Assembly: GCA_013265495.1 (NCBI GenBank)
Contig: MU057521.1
Coordinates: 1,810,335-1,874,334, forward strand
From: Vicugna vicugna
Lineage: Eukaryota
Direction of reading: 5' to 3'
Length of the DNA: 64,000 bases
In this document: positions 37,286 through 50,774 of the stretch, in pieces
How positions within the stretch are numbered: the first letter of the stretch is position 1
Layout: each line of letters begins with the position of its first letter
Made by a program: the position numbers and the translations under genes
Notes under the pieces: generated by a model
What the model was told of the DNA's origin: nothing
The model's input: the letters and a program-made list of their open reading frames with translations, nothing else
Database searches by the model: none

Positions 37286-38324
37286 CAGGGAGATGGCTCC
37301 AGCAGCCATAAACTAGTCCCACTGCCGCTATCAAGAAGGGCACCCAACCTGAAATTTATTGTCCCCAACACCCCCTCAAGGCCCTCACACGCTCCCATAC
37401 GACCCAGCTCACTAGGCAAATGGCTTCTCAGGGCAGGGGTATTGTAACAGGGCTCTCAAAAGGATGGGATCAAGCACAAGATCGGGGTTTTCTGCAGCTG
37501 TAGCAGACAGGAAAGACCTGGGGGACACAGAGAAGCCATTTCCAGCCCCAGAAATCATACCTCATACAAGGGTCATGCTGGGCTGATGGAGGAGTCGCAA
37601 CAGATCCATCTCAAGGCGCCAGTACAGCCATGTGATTTGTCATGGGCTCAGGATCCCAAGATAAATAAGACAGTCCCGGACCCCAGCCTGCTTTGGGGCT
37701 GGAGGTTGCCTTGTTTCTCAGCTGGCAGCAATGATGTTTGTTTACACGGTTTCCAAGATGTGAGCAGCAGCTTAGCCCCGGGTCTCCTGGTTGGCCTTGA
37801 CTGACTGCGGGGGCAGGACTCCCGTCAGGTGAGGGAGGTGAGCCTGGGCAAGGTGACCGACCACCACCCCCCAATTAGGGCAGAGGCAGCATTTGCAACC
37901 CCACTGCCTCCTGTCCTTAGCAGTCTGCCACAGGTTGGAATTTGGCTGGAAAACTCACAGCTTGTGAAGACTGTGTTTTTCTGATTTTGCTGTTGTTGTT
38001 TGTTTTGGTTTGGTTTTGGTCTTGATAGAAGAAATTTCAGATTCTATGAAAGGTACCCAGCATTAGTTCACAGGCTTTTTATACATCCCCTTCACAGTAA
38101 CAGAGAAGGCTCGTTACTTATGGAAGAATTTAACAATCACAAAAGCTGATGCTCCTGAAGATTGTTTTGAAAGATACACTGGGCTTTCACTGCACATGGA
38201 GGCAGTTTGAAAATATAGATTTGTCTACTGTGTGGTTTGTTCTTTTTTTTTTTTTTAAATACATTGGCTACAGAGTAATCAAACAGCACTGGGACAGCCC
38301 AAGTAAGTTTACTGGCTTTCTGAT

Positions 38325-38785
38325 GTGATACAGTAAGTCCACCCATCACTTGTACAACATTCTGGCCCCAAATGTTTAACCTGAATCTAATCATCAGACA
38401 GCTGTAGGAGGTAGAAGATTCTGCAAGACAGTTGATGAACTTTAAAAAAATCCAAATAATAGAAAACAGACGAGATAAAACAAAAAGGCAAAGGGACTAT
38501 TCTAAATTTAAAATTTATAACTTAAAGAGCTAAGAAAATGAAAAATAATTTATGAACCTCTAGTGTATGATGAAACTTTGTAAGATATAAAAAACATTTT
38601 GAGGACTCTTGTGGAATTTAAATATGGGCCATACATCAGATATTAATTAAGTTAAGGTTAATTTTCTTCAATGTGATGAGAGGGTTGTGGTTGAGTCTCA
38701 GGATGTGTGCTGAAGTATTTAGGGGTGAGTGTTGACTTCTGAAGCTTACTTGCAAATGTTTCAGCTAAAGCATACATATATATAA
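38325..38785 (+). mobile_element. L1MC/ME-type 3' UTR fragment
   Basis: ccaaatgtttaacctgaatctaatcat...tgctgaagtatttaggggtga...cttacttgcaaatgtttcag. Confidence 0.75.
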
Positions 38786-40559
38786 AAGGAAAATAATACG
38801 TTGTCCGGAGAAGAGGTGAAGTAGGCTGCAGTTCTACTGTGGGGTAGAGTACATTCTAAGGAGCTTACTTGGGCTGGTTTCTGACCTTTGTTCCTGGCAG
38901 TAGATTGAGATTTAAAATGCTTGATGGTTTGATTCATATCTGGGAATGAACTGAATGCTGTAACTTGAAAGAACCAGATAAGCAACTTTAGGTGCCAGAA
39001 GTGAATTCACCTTCCTTAGAAACGGGAATTCTTATTGTGGCTTTATGGGCAAATACGCTGCTGAGTCTTGTTTTTGTTTCTCAGTCTGAACCGAGAATCG
39101 GTCCTATTTCAGAGGACAAGTTAAGGCTGGTCAAGGGTAAGACCAGCGCTGGGGATGCTGTGACAGTAGCCCTGGCTGCTGTGAGACCACTTTCATTTGA
39201 AAAGTACGAAGCATCCTCGTACTGTTTGGGGGACAGATTTGGAGTAGGAGGAAACAAATTATTTTCAGAGTGGCCCTCCATTCTCCAGTGTACCAAGCAA
39301 GTTTTGGGTGCTGGAACCCAGACAATTCCCTCGCCTTCCCTTTCTGCGCAGGCCACCATGGGACTTGGGATCAGTGCGGAGGAGAAAGGGCTGAATTCAC
39401 TGCCTTGGGACTGGGAATGAGACCCTGTGGGCAGCTGGAGATAAAGCACAAAATAAAGGTCCAGCTGAACTGACCGGTCTGGGTGTCTTTTGCCCAGGAG
39501 TGTGAGTTGATGTCCCAAAGGCAGCAAAGGAGACCTTAGGAAAAAAGGCGGAAACCGGGGCCGGGGCAGGGGTGGCGGATCAGGCTCAAAAGAAGGAAGA
39601 AATTATGTTAACACTGAGGGAAAGGAACTTAATTCTTAAGTTTTCAAACTTATTTAGAGATTTATTTTATAGGATCATACGAGTAACCAAAGCTACTAAA
39701 GCAGGTAAGAGCTAAGCTCCTCTGGCAGACCTCTGGCAGGACCTTGGAGTGGGAGGGCCCTGACTCTAGCACATTGTGGGGCTGTTGGCTTTGTTATCTC
39801 ATTTATTACACTGGGAAATTGAGGCTTAGGGTTGGATTTAATTTTACTTAAAAGAAACAAAAGGAGCTACCTGGGTCAGATTAGATCACCTCGCAGGTAT
39901 TGCTTGACAAAGATGTTCTGTAATGTAATGGGCTGTCAGATCTCCTCCTTCAGAACCCTGCGCTTACCAGTCTCTTTCTCTGAATGTCCCACCACCGTCG
40001 AAGCCCTGCCTTCTGTGTCCGCTGGCCCCTCCTCTTCCCTCAGGGACTCTCTCAATGGCATCATTAGTTTCTTCAAATTCAACCTCTGAACCCAGGCTCC
40101 CTCACTTACTCTCTCCTAGCTTCAAATTCTCCTTCATTACACCTGAACTTTCCAAGAGGAGGGACCATGTTTTATGATTCCAAACAGTATTGGGCTCAAA
40201 GAAAGCGATTCATCCACTGTATCTGCTTAAAAGCAAGACTATTGGGGAGGAGGATTACATGGATAGGGAAGGAAGGAGAGAAAAGTTATCAATGATAAGA
40301 AAGCAGGAGAGAGAAAGAGATCTCGAGGGCAGTTGGACGTGCGGAGGTGTGTTCATCCTCCTGTGACTTTTCCTAACCCTTCTTCCCAGTAGGCGGGCGG
40401 CACAGCAGGTAAGAAAGTGGGAACTCCTCCAAGACAGGCTTCTTCCTGACTTGTTCCTCTCGAGGGACCTGTCCTGTAAGTGGGGTGTAGATGTGGAAGC
40501 TGTAAGGAAAAGAAGAGAAATACCCCTTGATTGGGAGGGGCAGAGGTTGCTGGGCTGCC

Positions 40560-41015
40560 TGCGCTGAGGACTCACTGCAACTGCAGAATCCAACTTGAAT
40601 AGGCTGACAGTGAAAGAGAGCCTCACGGCTCACGTAATTGTGGCCCTAGCTTCAGGCAGGGCTGAATTCCGCTGCTCCGGAGGGCCTCGTCTCTTTTGAT
40701 CTCTCTCGTGGCTCCGCTGCCCACCTAGCTGGCTTCATTCTCCGGCAGATTCTCTGCATGCAGGATAATCCCCCTAAGTAGGGGGTCCGCAGTGCTGAAG
40801 CCCCGCAGACAGAACTTCCCAGAGAGGGATCCCAGGGGCCGACTTTCCTTGCTCTGAATTGACTTAGAACTTGGGTCAGGAGCCTGGTCAATCACTTATT
40901 AACCCCACATCTCTTGGGGTAACGGGGGGTGGTTTCCCAAAGAGAAATTGAAGTGTTGTTGCTGGAAGCAGGGGACATATGCTGGGTAGGCAAAAATATC
41001 CAATATCCACTGCCG
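40560..41015 (-). mobile_element. MLT1J/K-type MaLR solo LTR
   Basis: ggctcacgtaattg...tggcttcattctc...ggtggtttcccaaagagaaatt..tgttgttgctggaagcagggg..atgctgggtaggcaaaa..atatccact. Confidence 0.6.
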
Positions 41016-41729
41016 TGTTCCACAGAAGCTGGTAACACTCACGGAGCTGCAAGCACCTCTGAGGGGAATGACTACAGGGGGCAGCCTGGAGAGGGTCAGG
41101 ACCCCTGGCCTCTGCAGGGATCCCTGTGTTCCATCCGGCATGGCACCTGGATATCACATGGAAATTAGACACCTGTACAGAGAAAAATTAACCTCAACCT
41201 CCATTTCACTCCAACTTGCCTTCAAGGAAAGGGTCAGGCTTGATCCTTAAGGATGTCAGTTGTTCCCTTTTAAGGACCAGATTGTAGAGTCCCCACCTCC
41301 CGCCTAGCCCTCTCCTCCAACCTCCCCAGCCCGCCGCCTCACAATTCTTCTATGTCCTGAAAAAAGATTCTCTTGCAACCACAGGGAGGGGGAAATCTTA
41401 GGAGAGACTTGAATTGATTTTCCTACCAGCATGGAGGTATAAAGGCTTAAAGGCAGATTGAATTTTAATTCAAGAAAAATAAAACAAATGTGTCCTTTTT
41501 CCTTTTTCTTTTTTCTTTTTGTGGAGGAAGATTTATACCTTCCATGTTACTTACTTTTGGTGTCTGAAAACACTGTTCCCCAAAGTACTGTAATTTAACA
41601 TGCATGTGCTTTATTTTATCAAAACCAAGGATTCTCTATCACTCCCTCTAAAGGAAAGGCTGAAATTTAGGAAATCTTGAAAGGCCTAGTCTCCAGGTTG
41701 AGTGTGTTGCTTAAAAATTAGAGTTTAGT

Positions 41730-43075
41730 GACTCCAGAAATAGAACCATCCGTACATAGTCAATTGATTTTTGACCAGGGTGCCAAGTCAGTTTAATGGG
41801 GAGAGGAAAGTCTTTTTCATAAATGTTGTTGAACAAATAGATATCCATATGAAAAAAAAGAACCTCAATCTACCTCACTCCATGAATAAAAATTAATTTG
41901 TGCTGAATTACAGACCTAAGTATAAAACCTAGAACTATAAGCTTCTAAAAGAACATATAGGACTCTATTTTCATAATCTTATGGTAGGCAAAGATTTCTT
42001 GGGCAGAACCGCCAAATCATTAACTATCAAAGAAAAAAATAACTCAATTTTCATCAAAATAAAAAATTTCTGCTCACCAAAAGGCACTGGTAGGAAAATG
42101 AACAGATAAGCCTAGACAGACTGGGAAAACATATTTGCAGAAAAAATATCTGACAAAGGACTTGAATCTAGGTTATATAAAAGACTTACAGATCAACAGT
42201 AAACAGATGAACAGTCCAATTTTAAAATGAATAAGACGAGCAGATGCTTCACAAAAGAACATGCACTCATGGCCGTAAGACATGAAAAGAGGCTCAGCGT
42301 CCCCTGTCATCAGTCATCATGCAAGTCAAAACCACAGTGAGACAGCATCTTGTATCTGCTAGACTGGCTAAAAACAAAACAGAACCAAAAAAATGGACAA
42401 TACCAAATCTGGGGAAGAATGTAGAGCAACTAACTGGAGCACTCATCTATTGCTGGTGAGAATGTAAAATGGTGTCATAGTTTTGGGGAATGAGTTGATA
42501 GTTTCTTATAAAGTTAAATGTATGTTTAACCCAGTGATGCAGACGTTCCATTCCTATGTATTTCCCCATGAGAAATGAAACTGTGGGAACATAAAGATTA
42601 GTATGTGACTCTTCACAGACGTTTTTTTCGTAAAAGACAAAAACTGGAAACAACTCAAATGTCTATCAACAGATTAGATAAACAAATTCTGGTACAGCAT
42701 ACAGTGGAACTCCAACTCAGTAATAAAAAAGAACAAACTACTGATTCTTGCAACAACGTAGGTGAACATTATGCTGAGCTAAAAAAGCCAGAACCTAAAG
42801 AATACAAATTGTATGACTCCTTTTATATGAAATACAAAACTAGGCAAATCTCACTGTGGTGATATAAATCAGAAAGTGACTGTCTCTGGGGGTGAGGGTA
42901 AGAGTGGGAACTGCCTAGAAAGGAACACAAGGAAATTTTCCTAAGTGATAGAAATGTACTATATTTTGATTAAAGTGGTGGTTACATGGCCATATACAAT
43001 TGTCAAAACTTCATGGGCTGACTACTTAAGATCTGTGCATTTTACTGTGTTTATTATACCTGAATTTAAAAAAAT
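41730..43075 (+). mobile_element. L1ME/MC-class LINE-1: ORF2 C-terminus and 3' UTR
   Basis: ccagaaatagaacc..caattgatttttgaccagggtgccaag, atctgacaaaggacttg, tgctggtgagaatgtaaaatggt; 3' end cttaagatctgtgcattttactgt. Confidence 0.9.
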
Positions 43076-43480
43076 ATATTGGCAAATGAGGTTATTCAGA
43101 CTTGAGAGCTATTGATATGGATTTGACTTCTCCCAGTGGTGTTCTGGGAGACAGAGATGAATGTATAATTCAGGAAGACAAAATTCAGGAGGGACAAGAA
43201 ATCAAATTTCCTTCTGTTGGAGAACCTTCCAGATGTGGCTCACTGCATGTGGACTTGCTGGTGAAACACTTTAGTCAGAAGCTATTGGTCTTTGAATCCT
43301 TATTACATCTGGGATGGGAAGGAGAATGGAATTAGCCATTTGGTTGGCACATATTCTTCTATTCCACGGTTATCTTTAGATGGGCAGCACATCTATAGAT
43401 GTAGGTGCTCCCCATACCTGTCCCTGTCCCTGTCCCCTAGTTGGTCAGGGTATGCAGAAGGGGAGAGTATGCAGCCACAC

Positions 43481-43962
43481 AGTTACCAAGTCCAAGGTCA
43501 TACTACTTACCACACGACAGGCCGATAAATTGAGGGACAAGTTACTGGGGAAAGGAATAATGACTTTATTTGGAAAGCCAGCAGACCAAGAAGATGGTGG
43601 ACTAGTGTCCCAAAGAACCACCTCGCCTGAGTTAGAATTCATGCTGCTTTTATATTAAAAGGGGAGGGAGTAAAGTCAAACATTTCCTGATTCCGGTCAG
43701 CCTCTGGAGGGGATGCGTTAATTTCTTCCTTCCTGCAGTCTTCCTGCGGGTGGGCCTGGTCAGGATGTGTCCTGTGAACTAAACAAAGGTATTTTAGCTT
43801 AATGCTCATCGCATGGGAGGCAAGGTTCCCAGAGATGGGCCATTATATATAATTTTAGCTTATAGGTAACATCCCTTTAGTGATTAACAAGCAATAGAAT
43901 ACAAAGGTTAAAGTATATGAAACAGATCTATTCCAGAGTCAGATTTGTTCTTCCCTATTATG
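43481..43962 (-). mobile_element. ERV1-class solo LTR with 4-bp TSD
   Basis: TSD acac (43477-43480 / 43963-43966); minus-strand TATA (aatataaaag, ~43656) upstream of AATAAA (~43570); gttaccaagtccaag...ttccctatta ends. Confidence 0.8.
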
Positions 43963-46900
43963 ACACCAGCTTCACCTCTTCACCTGACCCAGGGTCCTCC
44001 CTAGCAGCCCAGCTCACTTATTCCACACATTTGGTAAATACCTGATACATGTGTGTTTCCAGGTTCCTCCAGACCAAAGAAAGCAGTCTCCCTCTCAAGA
44101 AATGTTGGGGATCAGCACCATGCTGAGCCCTGCGGGGATTACCAGAAGTATGAGTTCAAAGTCCTCTGCATCTCCTTCACCGCTCCCCCCTTCAGACAAT
44201 GAGTCCCAACTTGTGCACGGTAGACTCCTGGGAAGTATGGTGTACACAGCAGTAAGTGGGGTCCCTCCTGGGTCCTCCTCAAAGAGCTTGCTGTCTATTT
44301 CAAGGGACAAAGAGCAAGACAGCAATGCAACTACTGAGCGAAGGTGGCTTAAATGGAGTAGACATCACTGAGTTGCTGATGCTCTAATCTGGTCTTCAAG
44401 GAGAGAAGGACAATGAAGAAATCAGTCTGACCTGAGATGAGAACCCATACATGGGCCCAGAGGCAGGAAGGGACACTGTACACAAAGTGGTGTGGGGTCG
44501 GCAAGGCACCACATGTGTGACAGGTTGTGTGCCAGCAAAACTAATCAACTGTGGGAATCAGACCAAGGAATGTGACTATGCTGCTGTGACTCTCCACCTA
44601 GGATCATGCCAGAAATGTCCCATTTACCCAGGACACTGGTTCTCCGAAGGTCAAGAATGAGTATTACATAAAATGATTGTTTACAGTTGTTTAGAATGTG
44701 GGGTTTTGTTCAGATAATCTCACTCATCTAAACTTCTGGCTGACAGGTATTTCTTATTAAAAATATCATAGCTTTATTGTTGCTTTTCCTCAACTAATTT
44801 TGTTTTTCAGCTCTGAGAGATAGCAGTACCTTCTTTATAGCACATTTTCCATTTTTAGAATGTTTTTATGAACATCCGCTGCCTTACAACATCTCTCCCT
44901 TAAGGAGGGCAGTCTGAGGTTCCCAGGGGCAAAGTGAGCCTCCTCACAGGTCACATGATTAGGAAGGGCAGAGATTAGGATTTAGGTCTTCTGTTCTCTA
45001 AACTCTCTGAGATTAGGGTCTGCTCAGAGCTCGGACCTTGATGATGGTCTTCTGTTTTCCTTTGACACAAACTTGCAGATCATTTCTCCGTGCTGAATTG
45101 TGTTTGGCAATCAACGTGGATGGTGGGTGCTAGTGCCCTGCTGTTAAATGGTAACAGCTCTGTTTGATAAGACCAGCCATAATTTATTGCTGCTTTAACC
45201 TCTCTGTTGCTCAGGCAACCAGTGTCCTGAATTCAGACTTAGGCTTTAGTTAAGTTTAAAAATTTATTACCTTACAACCACGCAGCCCATCACTTTGCTC
45301 ATGTCCCACTCCTCTGAGTCACGCTGACCCCCTAGGAGTCACCTCTATCTCTGCATTAACTAAGGTCTGTGGCTCAGGTGCACGTGAAGGGCTGGGACAA
45401 ATGCACCGTGATTCATATGCGCAGAGCAACCCGACTAGAGTACTCCAACTAGAAAGGCCCAGGGACCCTCCATGTTGACCTGTCAAGGAGCCTTGCCCTG
45501 TATTGCAGAATTACAGTTTACTATAGAAGAGGCAAGCTTATGCACAAATAACCAGGCTGGCACATGGTTAATTCTGTAAATTAAAAGGCTTAGCAGTGCC
45601 CAGGGTTAGGGAAGAAAACAAGTACAGAAACAAACCCACTTGGGAAAGCCGTCCTTGGAGTTGCTGTTGGCTTCGCCCTTTCCCTACTGCTTGTGGGGAA
45701 CAAGTCCCTTCACTCTTTCATCTTCTTCTTTAACTGTCCCTTCTCTCCCATCACCACTGCATCCCTCTTATCCCAGCTCCCAGCACCTCTTGGCTGGACA
45801 GCCATGCTAACTTCTCATCTTCTGGCCTCCACTCCATCCTGGCACGTTCACAATCTGCTCTGCCCTCCATGCTGAGGACACTGCATAGCTCTTAGTCCCA
45901 TGGAAGAGATGAGTGAGCAAATAGCAATGCATTGAACAGACTATAAGCTTCAGGGACAGGGACCATGTTGGCTGTATTCTCTGTGCCTAGTATTTACTGA
46001 ATAAATAAATGGACAATTTTTGAGCGTTATAACTAAACACATGTTCAAAGAGCCATGAAAATCTTCAGAAGACAGGGACTGACTGAGTCAGCAGAGGAAA
46101 GGGGCTAGTCTGGCTGGGCCAAGTGCAGGAGGTGAAACTCTACAAGGAGATGGCACTGAACCTGCAGTCTCGCAGAGAGTTCTGGCCCCTCCAAAGCCCT
46201 TCCTGGCCACTCTCATCGTTGGGGACTCTCTTCTGAACTGGGCACTTTAAAATATTTTAGCACTTTATACTCCTAATGGCATTGTTTTTATATGGATGTA
46301 TTACGTGTCCCTAATTTGGCTATAGTCTCTTTGAGACACTACAGTTTATTTCCTACATACATAGACCAGATATTCACAAATATTGTCACTTTTTAACAGG
46401 ATGTATTCTACTTTGGGAATGTCTTTCTTACATTTACTCATAAGACAAAAGGAATCATTCCCTTTAAATATCAGTTTCTCCTGGACCTGTACTTGTTAAT
46501 TTATAAACCTTTAATTACTTGCTAGAGTCTGGGATGGGGTCAGCAATTTGAAAGTGCCAAGGGTAACTATCAGTTGTGGTTCAATTCAGAAATGCAAATA
46601 AAATCTTTGGATAAGTCAAAGGAAAACCACAATTTGATTTACCCAACAATTTGATTTTAAAAATACATAGACCCCATTAAAAAGCAAACAGTTTTAGATA
46701 GGTTTAAATACTAATGAATATATTATTTGTTAGTTTTAGCAAATGATATATCACAGAGATCTCATGAATCTATACATGTAGCAATCAACTTCACATAGCC
46801 AGCATAGAAACTGATTTTGAGAATTTAACTCTCAGAGGGCTTTGTTCTAAACATTTGTGAGTGTTCACATTTTTAAACTGTTCAAAAATAGTTTGTTTTG

Positions 46901-48067
46901 GTTTTATTCTGGAATGCAACTAATAAAAACTTACACAATTTCAATATGTGATGTTCAAAATCCAACTTAATGGGAATTTTTTAAATTAGAACTTGTAAGA
47001 TAAGATTTGAATCTTAAATCTTAAATAGTTGTCACCTGTCTGTTTATGAAAAAGTTTTTTTTTCTTTCTTCATTCAGCTTAGCTTAAATAAAAGTCCATT
47101 GTAGCACAAATCCAACAGTGGCATCCGTGGCTTGGCCTGTGAATGACAAGTGTATGCCACAGCTGTGGTCTTGGGGGTCTTGGATTCATGGCTGTAGGTA
47201 TGGAATCATTGCAAAGAACATGGCAGTACCAGGAGGAAAAAAAAAACATTCATTTTTTTAAGAACTAAAATCATTATATGTGAAACTTCATGGTCTTTCT
47301 CTTTATTTCATGAGAATGATATGCATGTATAATTTAAAATTGAATTGAAAATGAAGCTGCAGAAATTTACTTCTCTTTTAAAGCTTATTTTTGGGGGAAT
47401 CCAGCATTGGTGTCCCCTCTGTAATTTTTAGACAGCATATGCCATTGTTTTTCTCTTGATGTTATCGCAACATCTTATAATATATAGATCAAATGGTGAG
47501 TTTGTCTTTCTCACATTTTATAAAAGAAAAAGAAAAGAAAGGAGCATTTAAAAAACTGTAATTTCTGTGTAAATGTAGGAAGTGGCGTCAAAGAATCCAT
47601 ACCAAGCCATTAAGAACTGCCAATCCTTTCTCTCTCTCTCTCTTTTTTTTTTCCCAGAAATAAAATGCAACTAAATCTTTGGTGCTCTTTGACACCCTCA
47701 GTCTTTCCCTGCAAATGACATCACTGTTACAGCTTCACCCTGCAAGCTTCCAGCTTTTCACCTTTTTTTTTGAAATATTTTTAAACATTTTCATAATTGA
47801 CATAGTGTTGCTTTATCTTATTTAAATTTTTTATAAACAGAATTATGGTGTTCATATTCTATAAACTTTTGCACTCAAGATGCAGTTGAATTCTCATAAA
47901 TGCTCGCCTTGAGTGAAAACTTTACAGAATAGCAATACCATAATTTTATTTATGTAATCTTTTAAATAGAAAAAAATGTATATAAAATAAAGGTATTTGG
48001 ATTTCCACTTTTGAAAATTGCCTGTTTTCATTTTTTCCCCACTTTCCTACTGGAGTGCTTACATTTT

Positions 48068-48068
48068 C

Positions 48069-48110
<42 letters not shown>
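48068..48110. repeat. (TTTA)n microsatellite within an antisense L1 remnant (~47760-48280)
   Basis: About 10 units directly visible. Confidence 0.95.
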
Positions 48111-48111
<1 letters not shown>

Positions 48112-48289
48112 GATTCTTTCTCCAGTAAATATAAATTATCTTATAAAATAAATATATTTATTTATCAAGTCCTTTGTTAACAGATCCTGAAAATATCTTC
48201 TCTAAACCTGTTTCTTCTTCTTTTTAATCTCTAACTTTGATTACAGCACATTTTGTTACAAAGGTGTTTTGGTTTTGAGGGGATTGAAT

Positions 48290-48650
48290 GTCAATTATTG
48301 CTGTTAGATGCAAGCAATAGAGTATAGTCTAAATGGTTCAAGCAGAAGAGAAATTTAAGAGCCATAGTAGGAAGCTCACACAACACTTGGGAGTGATGGG
48401 GAAAGAGGCCTGACACTAATGAAAGGAACACTCTCAGGACACTCTTCCAGGAATCTGCCACCAATTCTAGAACCACACGGCCTCCATCCCTCTACACTCC
48501 AGCGAAACAGTGGTGGTCCAGGGACAGCGGCAGCCAGTCCGCTTCCTCACTTACCCCTGCGGCCTCCTGCCGCGTCTGATTGGCCCGCCGGGGTCACGTG
48601 CTGCACCTTGGCTGGGGCGCAGTCTGGGAAAGTACCACTTTAGAGTCTCC
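48290..48650 (-). mobile_element. Old MLT1-type MaLR LTR with CpG-rich core
   Basis: gatgcaagcaatagag...ttcaagcagaagagaaattta... and tctgattggcc..ggtcacgtgc..ccttggctg...ctgggaaag. Confidence 0.55.
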
Positions 48651-48669
48651 CTTGGGGATCAGCTGTCTC

Positions 48670-48805
48670 GTGACAGATAGAAACTAACATTTTGGTGGTG
48701 AGAATGCTATAGCATACACAGAAGTAGAAATATAATGTCAAGCGTGAAACTTACATAATGTTGTAAACCAATATTACCTCAATTGAAAAAAAAAAAAAAA
48801 AAAAA
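48670..48805 (+). mobile_element. Extreme 3' end of a younger LINE-1 with poly(A) tail
   Basis: gtgacagatagaaacta...ttttggtggtgag...tgaaacttacataatgttgtaaaccaatattacctcaa followed by ~20 A. Confidence 0.8.
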
Positions 48806-48929
48806 GGGGATTCTCCTTCCAGAAAGCAAGACTCAGTTTGGGGAGCTCCCGCAGGGTAGGCAGGGTAACCAGAAGATCGTGGCAGATTCACAAATGGCAT
48901 ATTCACTCCAGGTTGTGAAGATGTTCTCT

Positions 48930-50720
48930 CACACATTCAGTGGTTTTTGTGTTGCAGTTTTTCATGTTGAGGATTTTCATTCTTCCAGAGTATATTTTGT
49001 ATAATTGACATAAGAATCTAATGATATTTTTTCATATGAAAGCCAGTGTTTCTGTCTTTTCCTCCCTCATCTGTACTGCCACCACTGTCAAATTCCACTG
49101 TCCTGTGTGCACACGGATTTGTGTTGGGCTTGCCATTATGTTCTAGTGCCTATTCCTCCGCCCAGACCACCATATTTTAGCTTCTGCAGGTGTCTTGAAT
49201 GTTTTCATGTCCGAAGGGCAACTGTCTGCCTGCCTTGTTGGTCTCTTTTTTAAAAATGATAGTGTTTTTTCATAATTGGAATTTTCATATAAATTTTAGA
49301 ATCAGTTTAGAAACCAAAAAAATTCTGCAGGGATTTGTTTGAAATCTAGTTAAGTTTATAGATAATTTAGGCAGAATTGATATTTTTATGCTTTTGAGTC
49401 TTACTTATTATTCAGACTTTCTTTTATGTCCTTTAATAAAGGTTTATAATTTTTCTAGAAACTGTTAAAAATTTTATGCAATATGTGTTCCTTAAGTTCT
49501 TTACAGTTTTTGCTGCTATTGCAAATTGGCTGATAATTTCTTTCAATTTATTTTCTTATTTATTGTTGCTGACATAGGTGAAGAAACATTGAATTTTGAA
49601 TTTTGTACGTTGACTTTTTAATCAGCAACTTTGATGAATTGTTTTTATCACTTTCAATAGATTACTTGTGATGACCATGCATTTTCTATGCCTAAAAATA
49701 TTTTTTTGTTTTCTTATACCTCACACATTTTCTTTCTTTTTCTTCCTTTCTTTCTTCTTAATGCATTCATTTCCTGTATAATGTTGAAATGTGGCAACAA
49801 TAGCTCCCCTCCCTGTCTTCTTCTTGCTTTTAAGGGGAATACTCCAGAAGAATGTGATATCGCTGCTCTAGGTCTTAGGTAATAACTCTCCATCAGATTA
49901 AGGAAGTTCCCTTCTATGTCTTGTTTTACCTAAGAGTTTTTCTTATAGATAAGAGTGGGTGTTGAATTTATAGAATGAGATATATTATTTTATTTCTTTT
50001 TAATCTGCACATGTGGTTAAACTTCCATTGATGGAGTTTTCTGATGTTCTCACGTTTCTGGGATAAACCAAACTTAGCAATGATAGTTTAAAAGAATACA
50101 CTGGCCAGATTTAATTCACTAATATTTATTTAGGTCTTTTAATCTACGTTTGTAAGTGAGATTACCTGGTAGGTTTTTTTCCCCTGTACTATTCTATTTC
50201 ATTTTGGTGTCAAGCCAACACTAGCTTTACAAATTAAGTGACCTGCTGTCTTTTTCTATTGTCTGTAAGAGCTTATGTAAGATACAGATTATCTTTTCCC
50301 TGAAGATTTGGTAAAATTCACTACAAAATGACTAGGATTCTAGGGGAGGAAGTGGTTAGAAGTTGGGAACATTTGATTGTCAAATCAATTTTTTAATGCT
50401 TATATTGTTTTATTCAGGTTATACTATTTCTTTAGTCAGTGCAACAGATTTCCTTATGATTTTTTTCATTTCTGTTGCATCTGCAATACATCATATTTTT
50501 CTATTCCTAATGTACTTCATTCATTTTCAGTGCTGAATAATATTCTATTGTGTGGATATACACAATCTATTTATTCAGTTATCAGTTGCTAGCTATTTGG
50601 GTTGTTTCCTTTTTTGGCTATTATGAATAATGCTGCAATGCACATAAGTGTACAAGTTTTTGTAGACATGTTTTCATTTTTGGAGGTCATAAACTGAGAG
50701 GTGTAACTTCTATTTAAACG
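48930..50720 (-). mobile_element. Ancient antisense LINE-1 ORF2 and 3' remnants
   Basis: ttttcatataaattttagaatcagtt, ttaaggaagttcccttctat, tttctgggataaaccaaactt, tgggttgtttcc..tttggctattatgaataatgctgc. Confidence 0.75.
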
Positions 50721-50774
50721 CAAGCAAGGAGGAAATGATTACACACTAGCAGCATGCAGGGACCTACTGGTAAA

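Noticed and set aside
38992..39527. Overlapping 142-aa (+) and 148-aa (-) ORFs
   Set aside because: Non-ATG starts, they read through polypyrimidine and splice-like signals, and I recognise no homology.
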